A stretch of 64,000 bases of DNA, from positions 5,642,001-5,706,000 of the forward strand of contig CM035351.1 of the NCBI GenBank assembly GCA_020137815.1, written 5' to 3'. Position 1 is the stretch's first letter; each line of letters opens with the position of its first letter. The position numbers and the translations under genes are program-made. Source of the DNA: Hormiphora californensis. Lineage: Eukaryota; Animalia; Ctenophora. Under the pieces are notes generated by a model. That model searched no databases and was not told the DNA's origin. It saw only the letters and a list, made by a program, of their open reading frames with translations. This document shows, one piece after another, positions 45,751 to 57,600 of the stretch.

Positions 45751-47951
45751 CTACCGGGTGGCTTGGATCTTGGGCTGACGCACCGCGTACTTGGTCAGTA
45801 GCAGCAGATCATGGAATGGATCAGAAGGATCAGGCAGGGAACTATTAGAGTGCCCCCTTTTGTGTGTTTTCCTCGTCTCCTCCTCCTCCTCATCTAGTGC
45901 CACCACATCGATCTCAACGTCATCCGACTCAGAACGGGGCTCCAGGACTGAGGTGAGGCACTCCTGGGCAGTCAGTATCTCCTCCAGACTAACCCCAATC
46001 AGATCACCGTGATGGTTCTTCTGGATGTTCTGAAACACAATATTGCATGTCAAAACAACAACAAACACTGTCCTGGGGGGGGTCCAGCCCTAAAAAAAGC
46101 TAAACTAACGGCCAAAATCAGGGTACCTTTAGCTTTTTTTAGCTTTTTTTAGCTTTTTTTAGCTTTTTTTTAGCCTTTTTTAGCTTTTTTTAGCTTTATT
46201 TAGCTTTTTTTAGCTTTTTTAGCTTTTTTTAGGCTAAAAAAAGCTAAAAAAAGCTAAAATTGAGTTTTTAGTGGATTCATATAGGTTCGAATCCCGCTGA
46301 CGCCAAATTTTTTAAACTTTTATTATAACGTTTTATAACGTTTTTTGAACTTTTTTAAAACTATTTTTATCAAATTTGAATAATATTTTTATCAAAAAAA
46401 TGTCTCCAGAAAATGGCAGTAGGGGTGGATACAGAAATTGCTATGTATGGACATAAACGGTAGATTATGGTAAAAAAATGTGCAGGAAATGAACAAATGC
46501 AGTCAATAGACGTCCGGAAGGATGAAAATTTAATGGAAAAGTGTCAAGATGAATGCTGAAAAAACATAAAAAGTAGGGCTAAAAAAAGCTAAAAAAAGCT
46601 AAAAAAAGCTAAAATAAAAAACGCTATCGACCAAAATCAGGGTACCTTTAGCTTTTTTTAGGGCTGGACCCCCCCCCCCCCTGTACTATACAAAATGGAC
46701 CAAAAGTACATGTTGCACACTGTTTGGCAAAGTTTGTTATATGACACGTTTGGGGTGGTTTGTTGTCCCTACCAGGTGTGATAGAGAGTGGTGAGCAGAT
46801 GCATCATGTCTGAGGAAGGCATCACGTTCCAAGAACACCATGGTACACTCGGTACACCTGTACCACGTTATCTTAGTATGGGTAGCTGCATGTCTATCCA
46901 TGGACTGCTGACCATACACTTTCACCCCACATTCTCCACAGGTGTAGACCCGACCTCTAACGGCAGTGTCCTCAGTAGGTAACCCCATTATAGGGGGAGG
47001 TGCATCTTTAGTTGGTCCATCTACCAGCGTTACCTGAGATAGAAGAAGTATTAAATCGCCTGATACACACAACAGTAGTATCCATGATAAGATTGTGGAT
47101 ATATATCCAGCTCACTACTAACCCTGAGAATGGCACTACACAGACCCTCCTTGTCCCATTCCTTGCCCTTGTGTTTCCAGCCCATATGCATCTGGAACAG
47201 AGACATCTTGGGGAAGAGCTCTTCGCACAGAGGACACGCCAGTCTCACTTCCTCTCGGCATTCCGGGACCGCCATGTAGTTGTCTACTGCCTCCTAAAGA
47301 TGAAATGTTACGGTAAGAGATACATTATTTCTAGCATAGAGTGTTATTCGGGAACTCTTGATCTACCGAACCCTCCCAGAGCCACACAAGGGAACTCCAC
47401 AATGGGACAATATATATGAGATTTAGTGTAACGTGTATTACCTGTTTGACAGCAGGTAGAGAAAACTTGACACTCCCAGCCTCCGAGGGTGATCCATCCT
47501 CCAGTAAGTGTCTCTCTAGCATATGGTGCTCCAGCTGCACATGCAGGTGGAAGAACTCAAAGCAACTTCCACAGTTGAAAGCCTGTAGAAATTGAGGGAG
47601 AGTGTGTGTCACAACTCACACATTAAGAATTCTAAAAGCTGCTAAAAAACGTACGATTGTACTAACAACAACTCAACAATTAACATGTGTCAGGGGGGTC
47701 ACTAACCGTGATGTTAACATGGCTGTGTTTTAAGTGGTAGACAACATCAGGCCCTTCTGGAAATACCTCACTGCATACACCACATACTGCCAGTCGACCT
47801 GGAGAGACAACAGGCGATAACATCACGACTCCAATTTGTTATGGAAATAAGGATATTTTCTAGCGTGATTGCCATATGACAAATAAGGATTTTAACAAAC
47901 TAAGAGACATACGGTCGACTAACCGTTGTGTGTTATTACTTCATTATCCAT
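45751..47951 (-). CDS. Multi-C2H2 zinc-finger protein (multi-exon)
   Basis: CGVCSEVF...HLKHSH, CGSCFEFF...HMLERH, CPLCEELF...HMGWKH, CGECGVKV...HAATH, CTECTMVF...HDASAH across GT-AG exons. Confidence 0.8.
46073..46683. mobile_element. hAT-like MITE with inverted (TTTTTTAGC)n subterminal arrays, in a zinc-finger gene intron
   Basis: TIR C(A/T)GGGGGGGTCCAGCCCTAAAAAAAGCTAAA; TSD not clear. Confidence 0.7.
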
Positions 47952-48409
47952 CTCCGCCACATTTCATAGTGTCAAATAACCCTATCAAGAGTAAAATATT
48001 CTTATTGCAAAATAGAAAAACAAAAGCAAAACGATAGCGAGATAATAATCGCTTAACGCTTTCGAGTTTTCAGACTGTCAAATTGTTTAGGGAACTGTTC
48101 CATGGCACTTAACGTGCTAACAGCAACAATATTTGGACCTGAGAATAATGTCAAATACTTCTGAAATCTGAATTCTAACAATCGCCCTCTCAATTGTGAA
48201 TTGCGATTCAAAGGATGTAAAAGTCCCGATTCCAGATTTTTAGCTTGTCTGGCACTTTGGTTTTTGGCAAGCGCCAAAAGCCATAGTTTCGCTACACGTT
48301 CCAAGGTATCTAAGAATTGGAAAATGGCCCTTATTTCACCCCTTTGGGGATTTGGTTTGAGGAATCAAGCATCATTTTCGGGAAGAAAAACCGCACACGC
48401 GACGGGAAC

Positions 48410-48682
48410 GGGCGCGATTATAATCTGGGTGCCTTGCAGCCTGTTTACAGGTGCGCGCTACCAAAAGAGTATACTTAGACCGACTTTTTTCAAACGGCTA
48501 TAGCCATGGAACCACATGGCCGATTTGAGTAAACTAAACGGTATCAGTTAGAAAATCGATAGCCCTAACCGATAACCCCAAACCAAACCCTAACCAGACC
48601 CTAACGGATAGCCCTAACCCGTCGCGCGCGCCAAAACTACGAATTGTTAGCAATGAAAGGCACCCAGATTTTAACGTTTTCC
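48410..48682 (-). mobile_element. 273-bp MULE-like MITE, copy 2 (reverse orientation)
   Basis: Near-identical reverse complement of 18784-19056; own 9-bp TSD GACGGGAAC (48401-48409, 48683-48691). Confidence 0.9.
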
Positions 48683-49449
48683 GACGGGAACAGAATTTCG
48701 TTGAACCTGAGCTGGATGAGATTTTGCAATCAACGCGCGCGATATTATCACGCGCAAATACGGCGCCGCGCACTTGACGTAGTAAAATTACAGTCTTACG
48801 CCGAAACGACCCTTTTTGGTTTCGATACTCTGAGAGAATTGAATAAGGGCCGAGTGTTTATATTACACTGGTAATTCAAAACGCACACCCCAGTGCACTG
48901 ACAAGCAGGTCATTCAGTGACAACTGACAAAATATTCCCACAATTTTCAAAAAGGTAAAAAAACGAAAAACATGTATAATATCAATTCTCGAATAATTTA
49001 TCCAATAAATTATTCTGATTTAAAGATCCAATTCCGAATTCACAGTTCAAAACCAAAGCTAAAACACGCCATCAAATCAGGAACTGTGTGGTCTTGAATT
49101 CTTCTTTTATGCGGCATTCCTCTCCTTTGCAGCTTGTACTCTAGATGCTTCCTTGGCGTCTCTTGTGAATAGGGTCGACCCAGTCGTAGTTTCTCCTCCT
49201 TCTAAATAGAGGGGAAAGGATGGTCAACAAGAATTGACAAAATAGCAGGGGTTAATATAGGTTATAGTAGGGGGTAACGGGGGTTATAATAGTGTTTTTA
49301 AATCAAAAACTCAAAATTCCCTGTACCTGCATGTCGTTTTTCTCTCTCACTAGCTACGCTGTTAGCAGCGGTGAGAATGGCCTTGTTGTTTGGTCGCACT
49401 GCCTCAAACACTTGTCCCAGTCCATACACCCCAACAATAACCCCCAATG

Positions 49450-51796
49450 TAGTTAGGGGCGCACGGCGTGCCTGGTGAAATTTTAACACGACCTAGCATG
49501 CAACGGGAAACCACCACTTGTACGTGGTAGCTGAGGGTCTACAGAATGGCGCTACGGTGCGGGAAAAAAAAGTCCATGCCCTAAAATCGTTTTTTTTACT
49601 TTTATTTGATTTGGGTCAAAATTGGCTATATTAAACGTGGTCCCGAAAAATCCATAATGACTTAGCACACGAAATATGTCACCCCCACCTATTTTTGCAC
49701 GTAGAATCGATTGCCGTTGAAGTCGAATCTCTAAAATGACTGTAAAATGGTCAAAAGTTGATTTTTTACCATTTTTTGGAGGTTTTTGGCCCCTAAACCA
49801 TTGAAAACGTTGAGATAGGAATTTTAAACTAGTGCCAATCGTTAAAATGGTCATTTTTCTACCAAGAACCAAGTTTTCGTGTATATCCGATTTATGGTTA
49901 GATTTGGGCAAATTGTTGAAATCTGCCAACTAGGAGAACCGTAACTTGATTTTCTTGTTTTTTGGATTTTGGCATTTTTGACAAACTTCTGATTGAAATG
50001 GTCAATCGGGACCATGCTTAAGTTGTTTATGGGACAATTTTCGACTAAAATCCAAGATTTCATACCAATCCAATAACAGATCGTTGATTTATAGAAAATT
50101 TAAGTAGGCAAAACGGTGAAAATAAGTAAGAAAAGTTGTCATTTTGACCGTTTTGCCTACTTAAATTTTCTATAAATCAACGATCTGTTATTGGATTGGT
50201 ATGAAATCTTGGATTTTAGTCGAAAATTGTCCCATAAACAACTTAAGCATGGTCCCGATTGACCATTTCAATCAGAAGTTTGTCAAAAATGCCAAAATCC
50301 AAAAAACAAGAAAATCAAGTTACGGTTCTCCTAGTTGGCAGATTTCAACAATTTGCCCAAATCTAACCATAAATCGGATATACACGAAAACTTGGTTCTT
50401 GGTAGAAAAATGACCATTTTAACGATTGGCACTAGTTTAAAATTCCTATCTCAACGTTTTCAATGGTTTAGGGGCCAAAAACCTCCAAAAAATGGTAAAA
50501 AATCAACTTTTGACCATTTTACAGTCATTTTAGAGATTCGACTTCAACGGCAATCGATTCTACGTGCAAAAATAGGTGGGGGTGACATATTTCGTGTGCT
50601 AAGTCATTATGGATTTTTCGGGACCACGTTTAATATAGCCAATTTTGACCCAAATCAAATAAAAGTAAAAAAAACGATTTTAGGGCATGGACTTTTTTTT
50701 CCCGCACCGTAGCGCCATTCTGTAGACCCTCAGCTACCACGTACAAGTGGTGGTTTCCCGTTGCATGCTAGGTCGTGTTAAAATTTCACCAGGCACGCCG
50801 TGGGCGGTAGTCCCGTGACTGGGAAAAAATTTGTGTCAAGCTAATTTCTTCACTAACGTGTCCCAATAGGTCCCCTCTAGCCCTCCTAAGTTTTTTCAAA
50901 CTCGGGATGGGGTGCAACATGTTCATTTCCGGGTGGGCGTGGTACCTGTATTTTCAGCCTGAGGCCAAAACCATAAGTACCCTTAAAATAGGAGTAGACA
51001 TAAAATCGAGGGCACTAAAATGATCAGCGTCCTCGCATTAGTGGGGGTAGGTGCCGGAATTAATTCTCTATCTCATCTGGTTAATTAGATAATTGGATAA
51101 TTAGGTTTGCGCATAACCGTTTTTTGGCTATATGGCTATAGCCACTTAGGAATGGTTTAGAGACTTTTCACTGGCGCCATTTTGTAGGGAATAGCCAAGT
51201 TGTGGGGGGTCTACGTCGGACTTTTAAGCTCTATTTCCAACCGTTTAGCCGTTATGTGGCTTGAAATTCGCTCAAAATCGGGCTTTTTACCGTTTTTTGC
51301 TCTTTTTGAGCACCTTTAAAGCCAAATAACGGCTAAACGGTTGGAGATACAGCTTAAAAGTCCGACGTCGACCCCCCATAACTTGGCGATTACCTACAAA
51401 ATGGCGCTAGTGAAAAGTCTCTAAACCATTCCTAAGTGGCTATAGCCATATAGCCAAAAAACGGTTATGCGCAAACCTAATTATCCAATTATCTAATTAA
51501 CCAGATGAGATAGAGAATTAATTCCGGCACCTACCCCCACTAATGCGAGGACGCTGATCATTTTAGTGCCCTCGATTTTATGTCTACTCCTATTTTAAGG
51601 GTACTTATGGTTTTGGCCTCAGGCTGAAAATACAGGTACCACGCCCACCCGGAAATGAACATGTTGCACCCCATCCTGAGTTTGAAAAAACTCAGGAGGG
51701 CTAGAGGGGACCTATTGGGACACGTTAGTGAAGAAATTAGCTTGACACAAATTTTTTCCCAGTCAAGGCGATATTCGGTGTTATTACCCCTAACTA
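49450..51796. mobile_element. Non-autonomous DNA transposon (TAG termini, 3-bp TSD; Academ-like) with long internal inverted repeat 50816-51765
   Basis: TIR TAGTTAGGGG/CCCCTAACTA; TSD ATG (alternatively AATGT); empty site visible at ~54170-54180. Confidence 0.8.
49462..50802. mobile_element. 1.34-kb near-perfect palindromic element (CAC termini, 4-bp TSD; Chapaev-like) nested in the previous element
   Basis: ~655-bp arms around a ~28-nt loop at 50132 (identical mirrored ORFs 49552-49929 / 50335-50712); TSD GGCG (49458-49461, 50803-50806). Confidence 0.85.
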
Positions 51797-52277
51797 ATGT
51801 GGCGGCCAAGGTTTTTCCAGTAGACATATTGAGGGGATCAGGAACAGGGCTAGAAAGGGGGATATTTGTAAAAGTGGGGCAGTGGGGTCAGTGGTAGATC
51901 GTATAGAAAGGGCAGTTGCCTACCTGCTCCTAAACGAGGGGCCAAATAGGACACAACTAAAAATAAAGCGAGCAATTTTAGATCTATCAAAAACTCCAAT
52001 AACATATTCAATATTGCATATATTTATATTTACAGGTTCTACAAAACACGATAGGATTGTTTACCTTGCTCCACCCTCTCTCTTTGAGCAAAAACATATA
52101 GAATTGTGAGCATGTGATACAATCAAAATAACTTATTACTGCATTAACTAATAACTACAGACATGAAGAAAAAAAACACGAGCAAAACAGATGTGAACAA
52201 AAACTTGAAGAACAAAAACTCTGCTACTTTTAAACTAATAGAACTGTTAGGAAGTTCATTGTACTTCTAATGGTTAT

Positions 52278-53531
52278 CTAACTATTAACGGTGGTTGATT
52301 CACTGGTTAGCTGAAGTAGATCCGCCACGGCACCCTCTACATTGCCTCTCTTGCTCTCCAGCACAGTCTTGATCACCTCCTTTTCAACGTCGGGGAACAT
52401 GTCCTGGGAAGTAGTGAGTTAAATTAGGGAACATGTCCTGGGATAAGACAACACAATTGTCAGCACACCTTTTATAACAGCTGGGAAATGTTTCAACCAT
52501 CACCTTGCCTTGTTCGACCCTCTATCACCGGAGGGTTAGAACATAACGAACATCTAGTACCTTGATTTTACCCTAGTAGTAGTAGTAGTAGTAGTACCTT
52601 GATAGTATTGATGTCCTCATCCCGTATGACAAGGGGTGGTGGGACGACAGGTGTGTAGAATTGTGCAGGGGCTGCCTGTATGTAGGGGTAGTGAATCCTC
52701 TGGTATGGAACTGTCATCATTGGCATTGTCTAAAATAATGATGAATATAGTGGAAAATAGAGATAGAGCGAGGAAGAGAGAAGGGGAAGACACAGAGAGG
52801 TAGAAAAAGAGAGATGGGAGATTGAGAGCTCTTACCCGAACCCCGCAATAAGATCTGTAACAGTAGGGTCTGACTAGTGGACTGCAATTATTGTAACAAC
52901 AGTGGTGACTGTACCGGAGTCGTCTATTCAGGTTATTTAGGGAACTCATAAGAACCCGTCCCCAGATGCACTGCTGTTTTAAGCAGGGAAAACTCGATAA
53001 AAAGACGTTATGGCGAGGAAAAAAGTGGAGCTGTGTGTGTGTGTGTTAAAACCTACATACTATAGCTACCGCCCCATGTAAGCTTTTGAAGCTAAATAAT
53101 TGACTGCAGTTACCGTGTAAGCTGTCTGGCGCCGCCAGACAGCGTGTAAGAGATGATGAGATTAATAGATCCCTCTGCTTCTGTTCCCAGTTTTCCACTC
53201 AAAGGATACCACTCATCCACTGTATGTCCCTAGAAGGGAATGTTACCAAGCTGTGGAACATCCAAGCAGTAAAGAGTTATATTTGGAAACAAAGATCCTT
53301 GCCAGCGCCCTTGACTTACACACAGCTACCTAACGCGCGGCTCTTCTGCGCGTTTCTCGCGCGATTAACTTCTCCAAATTATAATCGCGCGTTCCGACAT
53401 TTGGTACCTGGAAGACCCTTTCTGGAACATTAATCTTGGCAAAGGCCACTCTGAGGTCATCTGTCAGACTCTTTTCATCGAATACTTCTACGTTTATAGT
53501 TCGGACTGAGGTGTTATTCGGGAGAGGCCTG
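52278..53531 (-). pseudogene. TOLLIP: Partial duplicate of the TOLLIP 3' exons (C2 second half + CUE), no 5' exons
   Basis: EVFDEKSLTDDLRVAF, DEWYPLSGK, DMFPDVEKEVIKTVL; a 29-nt insertion lies just before one donor. Confidence 0.8.
53122..53142 (+). mobile_element. 21-bp solo-site derivative CTGTCTGGCGCCGCCAGACAG
   Basis: 8-bp TSD CGTGTAAG (53114-53121, 53143-53150); absent from the paralogous site at ~55539. Confidence 0.88.
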
Positions 53532-53832
53532 AAAGAGAGAATATTACCAAATTTGCTGCCGAACTCACTTTGGGGCCCCACGACCAGAGGATATTACACT
53601 GGTAATTCAAAACGCACACCCCAGTGCACTGACAAGCAGGTCATTCAGTGACAACTGACAAAATATTCCCACAATTTTCAAAAAGGTAAAAAAAACGAAA
53701 AACATGTATAATATCAATTCTCGAATAATTTATCCAATAAATTATTCTGATTTAAAGATCCAATTCCGAATTCACAGTTCAAAACCAAAGCACGCCATCA
53801 AATCAGGAACTGTGTGGTCTTGAATTCTTCTT

Positions 53833-54202
53833 TTATGCGGCATTCCTCTCTTTTGCAGCTTGTACTCTAGATGCTTCCTTGGCGTCTCTTGTGAATAGGG
53901 TCGACCCCGTGGTAGTTTCTCCTCCTTCTAAATAGAGGGGAAGGGATGGTCAACAAGAAGTTACAAAAGAACAGGGGTTAATATAGGTTATAGTAGGGGG
54001 TAACGGGGGTTATAATAGTGTTTTAAATCAAAAACTCAAAATTCCCTGTACCTGCATGTCGTTTTTCTCTCTCACTAGCTACGCTGTTAGCAGCGGTGAG
54101 AATAGCCTTGTTATTTGGCCGCACTGCCTCAAACACTTGTCCCAGTCCATACACCCCAACAATAACACCCAATGTGGCGGCCAAGGTTTTTCCAGTAGAC
54201 AT
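53833..54202 (-). CDS. Uncharacterised 81-aa single-pass membrane microprotein (exons 54052-54202, 53833-53927)
   Basis: Spliced ORF MSTGKTLAATLGVIVGVYGLGQVFEAVRPNNKAILTAANSVASEREKRHAEGGETTTGSTLFTRDAKEASRVQAAKERNAA*; GT-AG intron; TTTCTAG acceptor upstream; protein sequence conserved in the duplicate. Confidence 0.7.
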
Positions 54203-54646
54203 ATTGAGGGGATCAGGAACCGGGCTAGAAAGGGGGATATTTGTAAAAGTGGGGCAGTGGGGTCAGTGGTAGATCGTATAGAAAGGGCAGTTGCCTACCT
54301 GCTTCTATTACACGAGGGGCCAAATAGGACACAACTAAAAATAAAGCGAGCAATTTTAGATCTATCAAAAACTCCAATAACATATTCAATATTGCATATA
54401 TTTATATTTACAGGTTCTACAAAACACGATAGGATTGTTTACCTTGCTCCACCCTCTCTCTTTGAGCAAAAACATATAGAATTGTGAGCATGTGATACAA
54501 TCAAAATAACTTATTATTGCATTAACTAATAACTCGAGACATGAAGAAAAACACGAGCAAAATAGATGTGAACAAAAACTTGAAGAACAAAAACTCTGCT
54601 ACTTTTAACTAACTGTTAGGAAGTTCATTGTACTTCTAATGGTTAT

Positions 54647-57600
54647 CTAACTATTAACGGTGGTTGATTCACTGGTTAGCTGAAGTAGATCTGCCACAGC
54701 GCCCTCTACATTGCCTCTCTTGCTCTCCAGCACAGTCTTGATCACCTCCTTTTCAACATCGGGGAACATGTCCTGGGAAGTAGTGAGTTAAGTAAGGGAA
54801 CATGTTCTGGGATAAGACAACACAATTGTCAGCACACCTTTATAATAGCTGGAAAATGTTTCAACCACCACCTTAACGTTTTCGAGCCTCTGCTCCTCGT
54901 AAAGGAGAGTTAGAACATAAAGAACATCACCCTAGTACCTTGATTGTACAATGTCTCTACCTATTGGGTACCCTAGTAGTACCTTGATAGTACTGATGTC
55001 CTCATCCCGTATGACAAGGGGTGGTGGAACGACAGGTGTGTAGAATTGTGCAGGGGCTGCCTGTATGTAGGGGTAGTGAATCCTCTGGTATGGTACTGTC
55101 ATCATTGGCATAGTCTGGAATAATGATGAAACAATTAATAGTGGGAAATAGAGATAGAGCGAGGAAGAGAGAAGGGGAAGACACAGGTCACAGAGGTAGA
55201 GAAAGGAAAAGAGTTATAGGAGATTGAGAGCTCTTACCCGAACCCCGCAATAAGATCTGTAACAGTAGGGTCTGACTAGTGGGCTGCAATTATTGTAACA
55301 ACAATGGTGACTGTACCGGAGGCGTCTATTCAGGTTATTTAGGGAACTCATAAGAACCCGTCCCCAGATGCACTGCTGTTTTAAGCGAGGGAAAAACTCG
55401 ATAAAAAAGACGTTATCGCGAGGAAAAAAGTGGAGCTGTGTGTGTTAAAAACCCACACTTTACCACCCAAATAGGCTTTTGAGAGAGGACAAAAAGTATA
55501 CTTTTGAAGCTAAATAATTGACTGCAGTTAGTGTTACCGTGTAAGAGATGATGAGATTAATAGATCCCTCTGCTTCTGTTCCCAGTTTTCCGCTCAAAGG
55601 ATACCACTCATCCACTGTATGTCCCTAGAAGAGAATGTTAGCAAGCTGTGGAACATCCAAGCAGTAAAGAGTTATATTTGGAAACAAAGATCCTTGCCAG
55701 CGCCCTTGACTTACACACAGCTACCTAACGCGCGGCTCTTCTGCGCGTTTCTCGCGCGATTAACTTCTCCAAATCATTAATCGCGCGTTCCATTCATTTG
55801 ATACCTGGAAGACCCTTTCTGGAACATTAATCTTGGCAAAGGCCACTCTGAGGTCATCTGTCAGACTCTTTTCATCGAATACTTCTACGTTTATTGTACG
55901 GACAGAAGGTGTTATTGGGAAGAGGCCTGAAAGAGAGAACTATTACCAAATTAGCTGCCGAACTCACTCTGGGGCCCCACGACCAGAGGAAATTAGAAAA
56001 GCTATTATACGACATGTAAGTAAGTTATAAAAGCAAGACACAATCCCCCCCCCCCGGCCCAGAAACCACTTACATGTGATAAACCTTATTCCACCGAGGA
56101 TTCTTGTCACCGTTGGAAGTGGGTGAATGTCTCACAGGTAGGTGTGGCCGACAGTTAGACGGACATATGGGTCCATACTTCCTATCATTGCATAACTCTT
56201 ATTTAGCACCGCCTGATGGGGGGATGGAATCGTCAAAACGGATATATTGGGGGGAGAGAACACTTGGGTATTAGGTATCTTTCTTACACAACACGAGGAT
56301 ACATATCAAGAACAAGTCATAACTTTATTTGGTCTCTCTACTATCGATATTTAACAACTAAATGAACACATGCAGCTCAGAGAATACCTACACTTTGTAA
56401 TACACGTCACTATTGATTCACATGTAATACATGTGTATACATGTACACGTCACATGTTAGTACTTCCTCCTCTCACTTTTCGATCTCTCTAATTATCACT
56501 CCTAACCTTCACGTTATATAACTATTTATCAACCCCCAAAATAGAAGTCAGGAATCGACTACATTATAAGTCACTTTACTGGCAGACTTCCTTTAAAACA
56601 TAACTTCCTCGAATGAAGAAATTTATCTAACTTTCCCTCTCTCCGGCTCTCTCTTCTCTCTCTCTCATTTAATTCTCTCTATATTTCTCATCATTCTCTC
56701 ACTCTATATTGCATCTCATTTTCCCTCTCTTTCATTTTATTTCTCTCCCCCCCATCCCTCCCTCATGTCATGCTACGCTCACACACAAACTCCCCATCAT
56801 ATATGTGAACCTCTTCGTACTCTAATCGGTGAATGATATCATTAGAACAGGAGATATATCAGAGTTGACACAGGATTGAAACACATGACATATACATTGT
56901 ACACACACTCATATGCTGATACACTATGTGATACACTATTTCTCACATGACTGCGTGAGATCATATAATAATTTGGTATTCACAACTGCGGCAGTGGAGA
57001 AGCACTAGGCAGAGATGTACAAAGATTTGGTGTGTATAGCTGTGCATTGTATCATGGATAAAAGACACAAAAAGGTGGAGAGAGCCGGGTGAGAAAACAA
57101 TAGTGCGTAACTTGTCGTACAATGAGCAATGCCTGAATCGCTACACAAAACCACCACACACAGTGAGTTGAACAACAGGGAATATAACAACAATATATCT
57201 CACCTGAGCGATTGTGATACTGAGACCAGCCTGGGGGTTGCCGCTTTGGTACATGCCAGGTTGAGATAGTACCTGCTGCTGAGTTCTCTGTTGTGGCAGG
57301 TCAACTTGTGCAGCAGGCTCTGTTCTTACTGTTGTCACCGTCTCTCCATCCCTGGAGGAGATGAATTCAGTTGGGGGAGATTCAGTTGGGGGAGATTCAG
57401 TTGGGGGAGATTCAGTTGGGGAGATTCAGTTGGGGGAGATTCAGTTGGGGGAGATTCAGTTGGGGGAGGATTACTGCGATATCATTTGCCAGGGCCCACG
57501 ACACGAAATTTTTCCAGGGGGGGCCGGAATTTTTGAGATGCACATGCGACGACGGTGCCGCGAAGCGGCGCCGGAGGAGCAGCGGCAGGGGGTTTGGGGG

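Larger units (their letters stand above)
49107..51827 (-). pseudogene. Duplicate of the 81-aa microprotein gene, disrupted by a transposon after codon ~10
   Basis: MSTGKTLAAT at 51797-51827, remainder LGVIVGVYGLG... resumes at 49449; insertion absent from the paralog. Confidence 0.85.
48860..55989. repeat. Tandem segmental duplication of ~2.4 kb (48860-53590 including a 2.35-kb insertion; 53591-55989)
   Basis: Both copies start ATATTACACTGGTAATTC and end GGGGCCCCACGACCAGAGG; they differ by scattered SNPs/indels. Confidence 0.92.

Noticed and set aside
49552-50712. Two pairs of identical ORFs on opposite strands
   Set aside because: By-products of the palindrome arms; no recognisable domain
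57338-57349. Apparent TOLLIP start (GTG/ATG) in exon 2
   Set aside because: An upstream exon (58230-58327) encodes the Tom1-binding motif and splices in frame
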